IMG/VR virus record: IMGVR_UViG_3300009095_000015
Span: 10,260-74,259 of that record
Direction: 5' to 3' (one strand)
DNA length: 64,000 nucleotides
Origin: a virus
Taxonomy: Duplodnaviria; Caudoviricetes
Below, piece by piece: positions 18,578 through 28,118 of this stretch (position 1 is its first letter; every line of letters starts with the position of its first letter). The notes under the pieces were generated by a model. The model did not search any database and was not told the origin of the DNA. It saw only the letters and a list, made by a program, of their open reading frames with translations. The position numbers and the translations under genes were made by a program.

Positions 18578-21388
18578 CTAAGGTGCTCTGTTAGTAAGGC
18601 TTATCGTAGGCTGTGTGACCATTTCAGCCCCATCAACCTTTGCCTTACCTTTCTTTTTCTTTTTAAATACGCCCCCGACTACAAGGCGCTTTCCGGGTTT
18701 CGCTTTATCGAAGCTTATGTAAGGCAAAGCGTCCCATCTTTCCGGGCTAGTTGCCCTGCTCAGACTTATCTGGACCTTCATAGGTTGTACACCATTGTCG
18801 TAAATGCGTTTGATTTTATCTCCAACGTCTCGCAGTTGTTGTAGGTAAGTATCGTAATCGGCTGCGCTAGAAACAAGAGCGGAACGAAGACTGGCATGGC
18901 GATCTACATACGGGACAACATCTTGATGCGGAGCGTATTTGGCAACAAATTCATCATACGTAGCAGTGCAGGCTTCCACCAGACGCTTGAGAAGCTCACG
19001 ATCAAGTTCAAACTCGGCAACTAGCGGACGTAGCTTTTCGTAAAGATGTGTAGCTTGGTGCCATAATTCAGCCTTCTCTTTAGTGGTTTTTGGTTTATCC
19101 TGTTCAAGGCGCTTTAGACTCTTAGTCATGGTGGCAAGGAAGCGTTTCAGCTGTGACGCAGAGGTCAAATTCGATATGGCTTCCAGCAACATTACGGCCG
19201 TTGCGACTGATTTCTTTTGTTTTACGAAATCGATAACTTCATCAAAATTGGATAAAGTCCCGCTGACGGTCATCCAACGCTGTACGCTTTCTATGGGAAC
19301 GTACTGTAACAACTGCGGATCGAGGGACAGGTCAGCCTTCTTCTGCCCGGCACCTTGGAGCAAAGTAGGGTAGCTTAAACTACTAAGTTTAAAGTCCAGC
19401 CTGCCTTCACCGATAATCGTGTCTAAGTCTACCTTCTTAAACTTGAATCTTTCCGAAAAATCGCCCTCGCCGTAAGCTTTACTGACAAGGTTAAAGGTCT
19501 GTGCCGCACCCTCAAAAATGCCCGACAGCTCGATAGGTTCGCCTTTATACGAAAGCAGAGCGTTGACCACGGAATCGTAACCAGACAAATCTAGCGTTTC
19601 GGGTACATTGGGATGCTCAAGCGCTGCACGTAAATCAAAACGCAACGCCAGCTTAAAATCCACGCCCAAAAGAAGGGTAGGGTCTTCTTCGACTTCACGC
19701 AAACAGTCTCCCTTAACGTCGCGTGTTAGGTCTTCATCTTCAGTGATAATGTGCTCTACCGTTCTAATAAAGAAGGGACGGACGGCTTCTTTGTCCTCCC
19801 TATATACGCGACAAAGTGCACGAAAAGCGCGGCGCGTCAGGAATGGCCGCATGTTTATACCAACAGCATGGATAGAACTGGCCGGTTCTTGAAGGACGAG
19901 GCAGGCTGCGCCTTTGTTAACGGTAGGCGCTACGTTTCCGTAAAGGAACACGTAGTCTTTATTTTTAGGGAACTCGCTAACGATTCGCAGTGTTTTGTGC
20001 AGCCCGTGCATATACGCGAAGTTACCCCACAAAGCAGACCAGCGCAATGCTGACGCCATGGTATGCAGGACTGAACAAAGTGCCGGATATTCTCGGAATA
20101 GTTCTTTGTCATAAGTGAACATGGAGCCTGCTATAATTGCGGAAAAGCTGTGGCGCTTTTCTAGCCTAGAAACTCCCCGCCCGGTGTTAATGAACTTCTC
20201 TAGACGGCTGAACAGAATACGTTGGCCGAGTTCGCTAGAGTAGGACGCTTGTAGAAATGAGGCTAGATTGCTGGAGACTTCGGCCCGCTCCAGCATATCC
20301 GTTGCTTCCTTTTCCCCGTCTTTAAGCAATCCAGCAGCTCTAAATAGCTGTATAGCAATCGGGTGAGCATGCCCTTCAGGCGTAACCTCGTGGAATACTT
20401 GCATCAACTTTGGGGCAGCTCTAACTACGAGTTTCTCAAGCGCTTCGCGGGATTCGTCATCAATGAATTTCGTGCATTCGTACAATTCGTACAAAGCTTG
20501 AGTGTAGTTTCCGCTCTGTATGCAGTCCCGAACCCGGTTAACTATAGGGTTGGCAGAGTGTACTTCATCGACAGGCTTATCAGCGCTTTCAATCTCATCA
20601 GCTCTCGAATAAGAGCCGCCTAGGCCGTCATTATAAACGCCGGGCGCCAGCTGAAAATCAGTGCCCTTAACGTGAGCGTTAAACTTGCGCAAAAACGAAG
20701 CGACTGTTACACGAAATCCGTGAACGGGGTTTCCATAGACGTTTGATTCCATGCGATACAGAACGTTAGAACGATCTTCATCCGAAATGAAAGGTTTCAA
20801 CAGAACGCGGCACAGCGGATGCTCGATATTATCGTCAGTTTCGCGGATCGCGTAAGCAACCAGCGTACCGTAAGCAACGTCGCTCAATAAGGCGTGACTG
20901 CCAGAGCCGCCTGTGGTGCCGGCATACTTATCAGCCAGCCTCATGCAGCTTTGTTGGTCCCAATCCCTACCAGTGGACATTCCGATAATATCGTACGGGT
21001 GGCAGGAAATAACAATCCTGACGTTACCGGCGTTGCTATTCTGAAGCTGAGGGTCGTTATCGAATGCCATCTTCGCATGCACGTCATCAGCAATTATTTT
21101 ACCGATGTTGTACACGTTCTTCTGTTCTTTGTCAGAAACTTTCACACATTTCTTAGCGCGGTAATCGGTTACGACAAATCCCTTTTCGTGCAGAGCGTGC
21201 TCGACGGCAGGAGGAACCGTAAAGCGTTTTGAGCTGTTGTTAACATCTAAGTAAAGGCGGTAGCCGAGCTTGCCTTTACCTTTCGGCATAAAACTCTGTA
21301 GGCGTTTTACAATGGGCGAATTTCTGTCCCAATTTTTCCTATAGCGCAGTGCCGTACGCAGTCCGACGGCTGACAAAGACAGGTACAT
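18578..21388 (-). CDS. large paralog-family protein A (936 aa), conserved N-domain plus unique C-region
   Basis: MYLSLSA leader; ISCHPYDIIGMSTGRDWD..SCMRL domain shared with three neighbours. Confidence 0.85.
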   Translation of the reverse strand: MYLSLSAVGLRTALRYRKNWDRNSPIVKRLQSFMPKGKGKLGYRLYLDVNNSSKRFTVPPAVEHALHEKGFVVTDYRAKKCVKVSDKEQKNVYNIGKIIADDVHAKMAFDNDPQLQNSNAGNVRIVISCHPYDIIGMSTGRDWDQQSCMRLADKYAGTTGGSGSHALLSDVAYGTLVAYAIRETDDNIEHPLCRVLLKPFISDEDRSNVLYRMESNVYGNPVHGFRVTVASFLRKFNAHVKGTDFQLAPGVYNDGLGGSYSRADEIESADKPVDEVHSANPIVNRVRDCIQSGNYTQALYELYECTKFIDDESREALEKLVVRAAPKLMQVFHEVTPEGHAHPIAIQLFRAAGLLKDGEKEATDMLERAEVSSNLASFLQASYSSELGQRILFSRLEKFINTGRGVSRLEKRHSFSAIIAGSMFTYDKELFREYPALCSVLHTMASALRWSALWGNFAYMHGLHKTLRIVSEFPKNKDYVFLYGNVAPTVNKGAACLVLQEPASSIHAVGINMRPFLTRRAFRALCRVYREDKEAVRPFFIRTVEHIITEDEDLTRDVKGDCLREVEEDPTLLLGVDFKLALRFDLRAALEHPNVPETLDLSGYDSVVNALLSYKGEPIELSGIFEGAAQTFNLVSKAYGEGDFSERFKFKKVDLDTIIGEGRLDFKLSSLSYPTLLQGAGQKKADLSLDPQLLQYVPIESVQRWMTVSGTLSNFDEVIDFVKQKKSVATAVMLLEAISNLTSASQLKRFLATMTKSLKRLEQDKPKTTKEKAELWHQATHLYEKLRPLVAEFELDRELLKRLVEACTATYDEFVAKYAPHQDVVPYVDRHASLRSALVSSAADYDTYLQQLRDVGDKIKRIYDNGVQPMKVQISLSRATSPERWDALPYISFDKAKPGKRLVVGGVFKKKKKGKAKVDGAEMVTQPTISLTNRAP

Positions 21389-21390
21389 GC

Positions 21391-23202
21391 TTATCTCCGA
21401 TTCAGCAGTTTGGTTAAACGTTCATCCGGCTGCTTAGCGTTCAATTCCGTCAACATTTTGAAAAGCTGCGGGCGGCGTCCGAACCACGATACGCCAAGAT
21501 CGTAGTTCTGACTATGGTGGAAATGCGCCCAGCGTATTACGGCTTTGTTGATATCATCTACATTCATGTCGAGTAAAACACGAATAGTTTTGTCGCTCAG
21601 GCTATGCCCGGATTGAGCCACGTCTTCAGGGGAAACGCGGGCGTAATCTGGAGCAAGTTCCAGCAGCGTAGCGGAAGGCGAAACGTGAGAAGCTACGAAT
21701 TTACGCACAGTGTTCTGCCAGTTCAAGGTTTCCATCAAGTCCAACAGTTCGGAATCTAAACGGAACGGCCCCGTCCTTTTGGCAAACTCGCGCACGTTCT
21801 TTATGTCAACGTTCGACGAAATGTCTTCGTTTTTCAGCGAAGCTATCAAGTTGCAAATAAAGCCAACCCAACGTTTTATCAGTTGTGCTCCTTCATATTT
21901 ACTGTCTTGAAGTTCACGAGTCCACTTAAACGTACCGCGCACGAATCGCAATACAACCATGTGCAGGTCCATGCGCTGCGCGACAGTCAGTTTTTCAATG
22001 TTCGCTATCCAACGAGAATCGTATTCGCCAGCACCATTCAGGATGAATTCGACGCTCACTGGAGCATCACTACCTAAATAGTCGTATGCCATGGCTGCTG
22101 CGTCTTTAAGAATCCGGCTTTTTGTCAAAAGCATTTTGGCACGGCGTGACGCACCGACCAACCAAGGGACAACTTCGTCCGAGTAAAAGTCGCCATACGC
22201 GTCAACGTATTCATCGTAGGCTTTTGCAACCTGACTGACAGGCAGTACAGTTGTAGCACCGGCCAAAACATCGAACAAAGAGTAGCCATCCACTGCGGAT
22301 TCGATCAACAGCGGCAACCAGCGTTTGTCGTCGCGCAGCCAAGTGCGTACGCCGCCAGTTTTGTGCAGGTAATATTTGATGAATTGCTTCTTTTCGCTAT
22401 CCGAGAGGGAATCGAATCGCGCCACCATTAGAACACGAGATTCATCGCCGCCATCCATGTGCACTTCGTCGGACAATTTGTACATGCCAGACGCAGCCTG
22501 CTTGTTAACGCGTTTTAGCCACTGATCGACTGTGCGCTGGAAACCGGGAATTGGCTGGCCGTATACGTTCGGGTCTGCCTTGAAATAAACGTGTTTGTCA
22601 TCACCTTCTTTTTTGAAGGGTTTGATGAGAAGGCGTGCGTGTGGTTTGTTGATGTTGGTATCGCTAGGACTGATCACGTAGGCAACAAGCGTGCCTTCAG
22701 CTACAGTACCGGCCATATATTCAGAGCGCATTCCGGCATCATTTTTGTTATCCGGTGTTGCTAACCGTAAACAAGATGTAAAATCCCAGCGGCGCCCTGT
22801 ACTCATACCGACAACATCATAAGGGTGGGCACTAATTACGACCGTATATTCGCCCTTGTGTGCGCTGCGCTGCGGATCGTGGGAGAATAGTTTAAGCGCG
22901 TTTTCGTCTTTCAACAATTTGCCGATGCGAATCTGGCGCTTTCTGTCTTTCGTTACAGCGATACCGTTGACGTAGTTTTCGATTTCATACCCGGCGGACT
23001 TTACAGCAGAGCTGACCTCAGCTGGAATGACAATGCGATCATTCTTGTTACGCTTAATGGGCAGATATAGTCTGTACCCACGGCTTCCCTTCGGGAGAAA
23101 TTTGCGGATTACCTGCACGCCCACGCCCTTTTTATCCCAGTCTTTTACGAACGGGCGGGCCACGCTCAGGGGTACGGCAGCTAGCGCGATATTTACTTTC
23201 AT
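21391..23202 (-). CDS. large paralog-family protein B (603 aa)
   Basis: MKVNIALAA leader; ISAHPYDVVGMSTGRRWD..SCLRL. Confidence 0.85.
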   Translation of the reverse strand: MKVNIALAAVPLSVARPFVKDWDKKGVGVQVIRKFLPKGSRGYRLYLPIKRNKNDRIVIPAEVSSAVKSAGYEIENYVNGIAVTKDRKRQIRIGKLLKDENALKLFSHDPQRSAHKGEYTVVISAHPYDVVGMSTGRRWDFTSCLRLATPDNKNDAGMRSEYMAGTVAEGTLVAYVISPSDTNINKPHARLLIKPFKKEGDDKHVYFKADPNVYGQPIPGFQRTVDQWLKRVNKQAASGMYKLSDEVHMDGGDESRVLMVARFDSLSDSEKKQFIKYYLHKTGGVRTWLRDDKRWLPLLIESAVDGYSLFDVLAGATTVLPVSQVAKAYDEYVDAYGDFYSDEVVPWLVGASRRAKMLLTKSRILKDAAAMAYDYLGSDAPVSVEFILNGAGEYDSRWIANIEKLTVAQRMDLHMVVLRFVRGTFKWTRELQDSKYEGAQLIKRWVGFICNLIASLKNEDISSNVDIKNVREFAKRTGPFRLDSELLDLMETLNWQNTVRKFVASHVSPSATLLELAPDYARVSPEDVAQSGHSLSDKTIRVLLDMNVDDINKAVIRWAHFHHSQNYDLGVSWFGRRPQLFKMLTELNAKQPDERLTKLLNRR

Positions 23203-23256
23203 GTAGGAAGTTCCTAGTTACGTGCCTGCTTTCACAAGCACGTAATACCATCAGGT

Positions 23257-25929
23257 TTAAGGGGCTGGCTTTTCTTCATAGATGATTTTATCAAGCGTAC
23301 GTTTGAACATACGCATTGTGCGATTAACATCATCCATCACACCATGAGCCAAGTCGCATGCTTCCGAAACCAGAATGTCAAACAAATTGAGATTATTCTC
23401 GATTTCTTCGCGAGGGTAGCCACTAAAGAACTCTGCCCACGCGTCGGCAAACTCGGCATCGTCTCTTTTTGCCCTAGGAAAAGTGAAAACGAAATCTTCA
23501 ATTCTCTTTGCGTACTCGGGGAGAAAATCAAGGATGTGTTGAGCCTCTTCAGGTGTGCGATCACGAAGCCATGCAAATTCTCCACCCGCGTTAGTATAGT
23601 CAAGGTGTGGTACACCGTACGAGTTAAGAACAGCATCGAAATCGGAAGCCGCATTTAACATATAACGCAGAGAATTCAGCAGGGATCGCAAAGGCAAACC
23701 CCGTTCAAATATATCCAGATACGATGCGCCTAGATCGTTGCCAATGAAAATGTAGGCGGGCACGGACGAAGCTGAACTGACAGTCAACAACTGAGGGTGG
23801 CGTTTCAGGTCAATGTACAAGCCTCGCGGGATGCCTACCTTAGCCATAACGTCAACGATCTTTTCGTTAAACTCGCCAATAGGCGGCGGGTTTTGATTGG
23901 TTACGTGGAGACACGTATAAAGAGTATCGAAAATTCGCTTTTGATGCTCGTTACGTGGCTTCACATTTGGATGCAGGTTTGCGGTCTGGCCGTATTGCGA
24001 GCGTATGTCGGTAAAAATGCGTACCAGTTCCTCTTCGGATTCCGCATCGTATGCTTCGTACCACACATAGGGAAACAAGTCAGAGTTACCAGCGACGTTG
24101 CGGTTCCACACGTTGACAACGCCCAAATTGTGGCCGTGTTCTTTAAGATGCGCGAAAAGCTCGCGCAGATTCTCTACGTGAAGCTGGTATGTATTTTCGA
24201 TAAACTGACTGATCTTGCGAGAGAGTGCAGTTTGAATCGCCTTGTTATTGATCTTGTAAAGACGCTTGCGGCTACGGCGATTCAACATGGCACGAACACT
24301 AACATCAAATGTCATTCCCTCTAGGACAGCATAAGCGCGCTCAAAGTCGCCAGCTTCAGCACAACGTAATGCGTAACAAAGGCCGATAAATTCCGAGCCT
24401 TTATCTCTGTTGATGGATTGGTGTTCGTTAAATGCTTCAAATTCTGCTTCGGTCAACTCAGTTGAAACCGCCGGGAAGCTAGCCAATACGGCTTCGGCTC
24501 TGTTCAGGTGTGCAGAGGCCCCGAACATCGCAGATTCACGAAGCAATTCCGCACACAGGTAGACAAATTTATGCAGCTCTGGATCGCGGATAACAACGTC
24601 GCGCGGAACGTCGCGAGTTCCTGTAACGCAGCTGTAAGCAACATCCATATATGCGTTTTTGCCTATGCTGTGGCTGAGAACTTGCTTCACTTCATCGCGT
24701 GCTGCTTTTGGGGACAGCTGCCCGTACCGAAACAAGCGCGTTCGCACATTATAGTCGTCGGCGAAGATAATCTTGTCCATTCCTGCATAAATGGCATCGG
24801 CTTCTGCGTTAACAATCTTTTTGAAAGCCTTGTTAGCCATCATCGATAAGAAACCATCTATGACGGCAGCGTTAGTGTCCATTATGTAGGCCACGTAAGA
24901 CTCGATAGTATCGCGGTGCGCTCTGGCAAAAATATCGGCCGCCTGCTTGGCGTAACGTACAGGCACGCTTGCTTTATCGATCATATACGCAACCATAGCT
25001 ACAGGCATGTGCGGACCGCTATCGTTCGCACGGCTGTGTCGAATAGCGTATTCAGCATACGAAGGTAAGAGACGCGGGTTTTCCCTAAGAATGTTTTGAG
25101 CATCATTGGCTCTCCAATCAATAGAGCCTTGAGAATCTGAACGATGCAGGTCTGTACCGCCCACGCCATCATTGTAGAGATTCGGATTTAGCTTGTAGAT
25201 GCCTTCTGGAATACCTGCGTTTAGTTTACGCAGAAACTTGTTGATAGCTTCGGCCATTCCGGGGACAGGGTTGCCGTAAATGCGAGTCTCTCGTCTGTAT
25301 TTAATGGCATCGCCACCATCTTGCAGGAAAGGCTTCAGCAGGCAGCGCCCGAGAGGATTTTTAATATCCATGTCATCGGAGCGTACCGCGTACGCAACCA
25401 ACGTACCTTCGGCAACGTCACGCTCAAGAAAGTGGGTGTTTATACCCTCTATGTGATTATCGCGAAAATCCTTCAGACGCATGCAACTCGTATCATCCCA
25501 ATCCCGCCCGGTAGACATTCCGATGATATCGTACGGGTGGCAGGAAACCACCAAAGTAAATTCGGAGGTTTTCGAGTTTTGCAGTTGCGGGTCGTTGTCG
25601 AAGGCAGCTTTCGCAACAGGATCGTGAGCGATAACTTTGCCGATATTGAATTCGTTTTTCTGATCTTTGTCCTTGATCTTTACGCACTTCTTAGCGCGAT
25701 AATCAGTGATCTTGAAGCCGGCTTTACGCACGGCCTGCCGAACAGAGACGGGAGGCACAACGTGCGGTGTAGTGTCGCTGCCGATTGGGATATACAAGCG
25801 ATACCCGGCAGAGCTGCGAGGCATGAATTTACGCAGCAGCTGAACGGTGGGTCCGTTCTTGTTCCAATTCCTGCGATATTTCAAGGCCGACCGGAGAGAT
25901 ACAGCAGCGAGCGCTACATTGATTTTCAT
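23257..25929 (-). CDS. large paralog-family protein C (890 aa)
   Basis: MKINVALAA leader; VSCHPYDIIGMSTGRDWD..SCMRL. Confidence 0.85.
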   Translation of the reverse strand: MKINVALAAVSLRSALKYRRNWNKNGPTVQLLRKFMPRSSAGYRLYIPIGSDTTPHVVPPVSVRQAVRKAGFKITDYRAKKCVKIKDKDQKNEFNIGKVIAHDPVAKAAFDNDPQLQNSKTSEFTLVVSCHPYDIIGMSTGRDWDDTSCMRLKDFRDNHIEGINTHFLERDVAEGTLVAYAVRSDDMDIKNPLGRCLLKPFLQDGGDAIKYRRETRIYGNPVPGMAEAINKFLRKLNAGIPEGIYKLNPNLYNDGVGGTDLHRSDSQGSIDWRANDAQNILRENPRLLPSYAEYAIRHSRANDSGPHMPVAMVAYMIDKASVPVRYAKQAADIFARAHRDTIESYVAYIMDTNAAVIDGFLSMMANKAFKKIVNAEADAIYAGMDKIIFADDYNVRTRLFRYGQLSPKAARDEVKQVLSHSIGKNAYMDVAYSCVTGTRDVPRDVVIRDPELHKFVYLCAELLRESAMFGASAHLNRAEAVLASFPAVSTELTEAEFEAFNEHQSINRDKGSEFIGLCYALRCAEAGDFERAYAVLEGMTFDVSVRAMLNRRSRKRLYKINNKAIQTALSRKISQFIENTYQLHVENLRELFAHLKEHGHNLGVVNVWNRNVAGNSDLFPYVWYEAYDAESEEELVRIFTDIRSQYGQTANLHPNVKPRNEHQKRIFDTLYTCLHVTNQNPPPIGEFNEKIVDVMAKVGIPRGLYIDLKRHPQLLTVSSASSVPAYIFIGNDLGASYLDIFERGLPLRSLLNSLRYMLNAASDFDAVLNSYGVPHLDYTNAGGEFAWLRDRTPEEAQHILDFLPEYAKRIEDFVFTFPRAKRDDAEFADAWAEFFSGYPREEIENNLNLFDILVSEACDLAHGVMDDVNRTMRMFKRTLDKIIYEEKPAP

Positions 25930-25931
25930 TT

Positions 25932-27164
25932 CTATTCCTTACCGTCCGTTTTGCGGATGATTTCGCGAACCTTAAATGCCAATTCTTCGACATTCAGAGA
26001 ATGCTTGCGCATGTAGTCTTGAATGCGCGCGGCCATCTGTTTTTCTTTTCCACGGGCGTGGCTGGCGTTATGTAGCAATGAAGACATTTGGTGTTTCATG
26101 TCAGTCGCGTACATTTTGTAGCCGAAACTGTTGCGAACGTAGTCGTACTCTTCGCGGATCGGAGCCTTACCTGAATACAGAGTATCGACAATAAACTTGG
26201 CGTCGGAATACTTCCCGCGCAAGTGCATGCGTCCCCGGAAACTCTGGCTGCTTAACTCGTCTTCGGTCAGCTTACGGGTCAACACGCTAACCGGCTTCCC
26301 GCCGTAATTCAAGGACGACAAAGGCATGGCTTTGCGCGAATCGAGCATGCGGTATGCTTTGGTGTCCGCGTAAAGATGGACTTTAATACGCAACTTAACC
26401 AACTTGATGATTAAAGCGCGCATGCGGCGACCATCACGTTCTCCGTCAAAATGGGAAACGTCGATATGGACAGCACGTATCATCTTTAAAACGTTTTTCA
26501 CCGAAGGCTTCTTGTAATAGTATCGGTCTTCCTGCTCGTTGTGCTTGTGGATAGCGTCCGCGCCCCAGTAATTCACGGCCTCTCGCGGCATAATAGCGTG
26601 TAGTTTTGAAGCATCAAATTCGATGACTGCGTTATAGTGAGCGTGAGGTTGGAATTTGCCACGGCGCACGCTAAGGAAATAATCGTGCTTTGAAAATGGC
26701 TGCTCCGCTTCTTTGCCAGCCACCTGAGACAATACCAGAGAATTACTCTCGACGATTCCGAACAGGCCGGCTAAGCTAGTGCCGTGGAAGGCTTTGGCGT
26801 TGGAAGCTAGGGCAAACAGTTTAGAAATAGCATCGCACTTCACGGAAGACGCAACGGCCAGTTTCCGATTACGTTCAATCTCGGCGCTGAGTTCTTCGGC
26901 GTCGGTAATAAACGTAGAATCCACGTCCTTCACAGTTATAGCATCGTAGAAGTATGGTGCTGAATCAGCTTCCATTACTTCCATTGCCAGATCGTAAGTC
27001 ACTTTGGATTGCGTAAAACGAACACCGGTAACACGCGCACGGTGTCCATAATTGATCAGATCGGACACATGCTTGAGGTAAACGTGGTTCGGATGGAAGT
27101 AAACAATGGAACCGATTGCGAAGCGCCCTTCGGCAGGAGCCTCTAGAGAAACAGGGTAAAGCAT
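25932..27164 (-). CDS. two-domain protein: N-terminal beta-rich domain plus ART-like domain (410 aa)
   Basis: FHGTS, FLSVRR, IEFDASKL, VNYW and EQEDR; paralog of 27237..28118. Confidence 0.65.
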   Translation of the reverse strand: MLYPVSLEAPAEGRFAIGSIVYFHPNHVYLKHVSDLINYGHRARVTGVRFTQSKVTYDLAMEVMEADSAPYFYDAITVKDVDSTFITDAEELSAEIERNRKLAVASSVKCDAISKLFALASNAKAFHGTSLAGLFGIVESNSLVLSQVAGKEAEQPFSKHDYFLSVRRGKFQPHAHYNAVIEFDASKLHAIMPREAVNYWGADAIHKHNEQEDRYYYKKPSVKNVLKMIRAVHIDVSHFDGERDGRRMRALIIKLVKLRIKVHLYADTKAYRMLDSRKAMPLSSLNYGGKPVSVLTRKLTEDELSSQSFRGRMHLRGKYSDAKFIVDTLYSGKAPIREEYDYVRNSFGYKMYATDMKHQMSSLLHNASHARGKEKQMAARIQDYMRKHSLNVEELAFKVREIIRKTDGKE

Positions 27165-27185
27165 GCTGGAAACTCCACGAAATGG

Positions 27186-27214
27186 AAAAGGTGCGTGAAA
27201 TTAATCGACGCACC
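27186..27214 (-). terminator. rho-independent terminator
   Basis: GGTGCGT...ACGCACC followed by TTTT. Confidence 0.6.
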
Positions 27215-27236
27215 GCCTTGTGTTTAAATTACCGGA

Positions 27237-28118
27237 TTATTTCCACTTGGCACTGAGAAATTCAGATAACTGTTCGACGCTCATGCGATTCTTGCGCAGA
27301 TACAAGTTGATCTTGTTGGCGTACTTCGCGGCCAATTCAGTTTTCGCGCTATTGATCATATTACGTAGCGTTGTAGCAGAAACTCCGTAGCGCAGGTGAT
27401 CAACCATTTCTCTGCGGGCGGCCTTCTGTTTGGACGATTTTGCCCCTTCCAGCAGGGTGGCATAAACAGATGGCCTGCCGTTTTCGATAACAGGATGCTT
27501 TTTAAAATCCGTACGAATAGCCTTCCACAACGCCTCCAAGGCATAGGCCGGGGATTCGTAACCCGGAAGAGCCGATCCGAGTTTCCGAGTCTCCTTTGAA
27601 AGCTGTAACGGAATAGCTTTGCGTTTATCGAGAGTGACCATCACACGGGGATTCTCGTACTGAAAACACGGAATACCGTTACGTTTGCAAACCGCAACAA
27701 TGTCCAAAGTATTGTAACCAGACCAATTATCGCTCCCTGCGAAGTGCACCTCTTTCAGATAGCGCAAAAGAGGAATAAGGGGCTTGTTGGCGAATAGCCG
27801 ATCCTCAGCCTCATCGTCGGTGTTATAAGAACTGTCATGCCAGTAGTCAATAGACTCGATTTTGTAATTATGCCCGAGCTTGGAGCCGTCGAGTACAAAC
27901 ACGACTTTGTTGCCGTGTGTATTGTTACGGATATAATCGCTGAGTTTTGTTCGAGCAAGACTCAGGAAGAATGCACCTGCTCCAAGGCTAGCTTCGAATT
28001 TACTGGCTTCCATGGGGGCCAAGCGTAGACGATCCCGCTGTAGTGCCGTCACTGCGTGTTTCATGTCGATCAAGTGATACAAGATCGGTGTAGCCGCCAG
28101 AGCGATATTTACTTTCAT
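27237..28118 (-). CDS. leader-bearing ART-like protein (293 aa)
   Basis: MKVNIALAA leader; LYHL, FLSLAR, FVLDGSKL, IDYW and EAEDR. Confidence 0.65.
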   Translation of the reverse strand: MKVNIALAATPILYHLIDMKHAVTALQRDRLRLAPMEASKFEASLGAGAFFLSLARTKLSDYIRNNTHGNKVVFVLDGSKLGHNYKIESIDYWHDSSYNTDDEAEDRLFANKPLIPLLRYLKEVHFAGSDNWSGYNTLDIVAVCKRNGIPCFQYENPRVMVTLDKRKAIPLQLSKETRKLGSALPGYESPAYALEALWKAIRTDFKKHPVIENGRPSVYATLLEGAKSSKQKAARREMVDHLRYGVSATTLRNMINSAKTELAAKYANKINLYLRKNRMSVEQLSEFLSAKWK

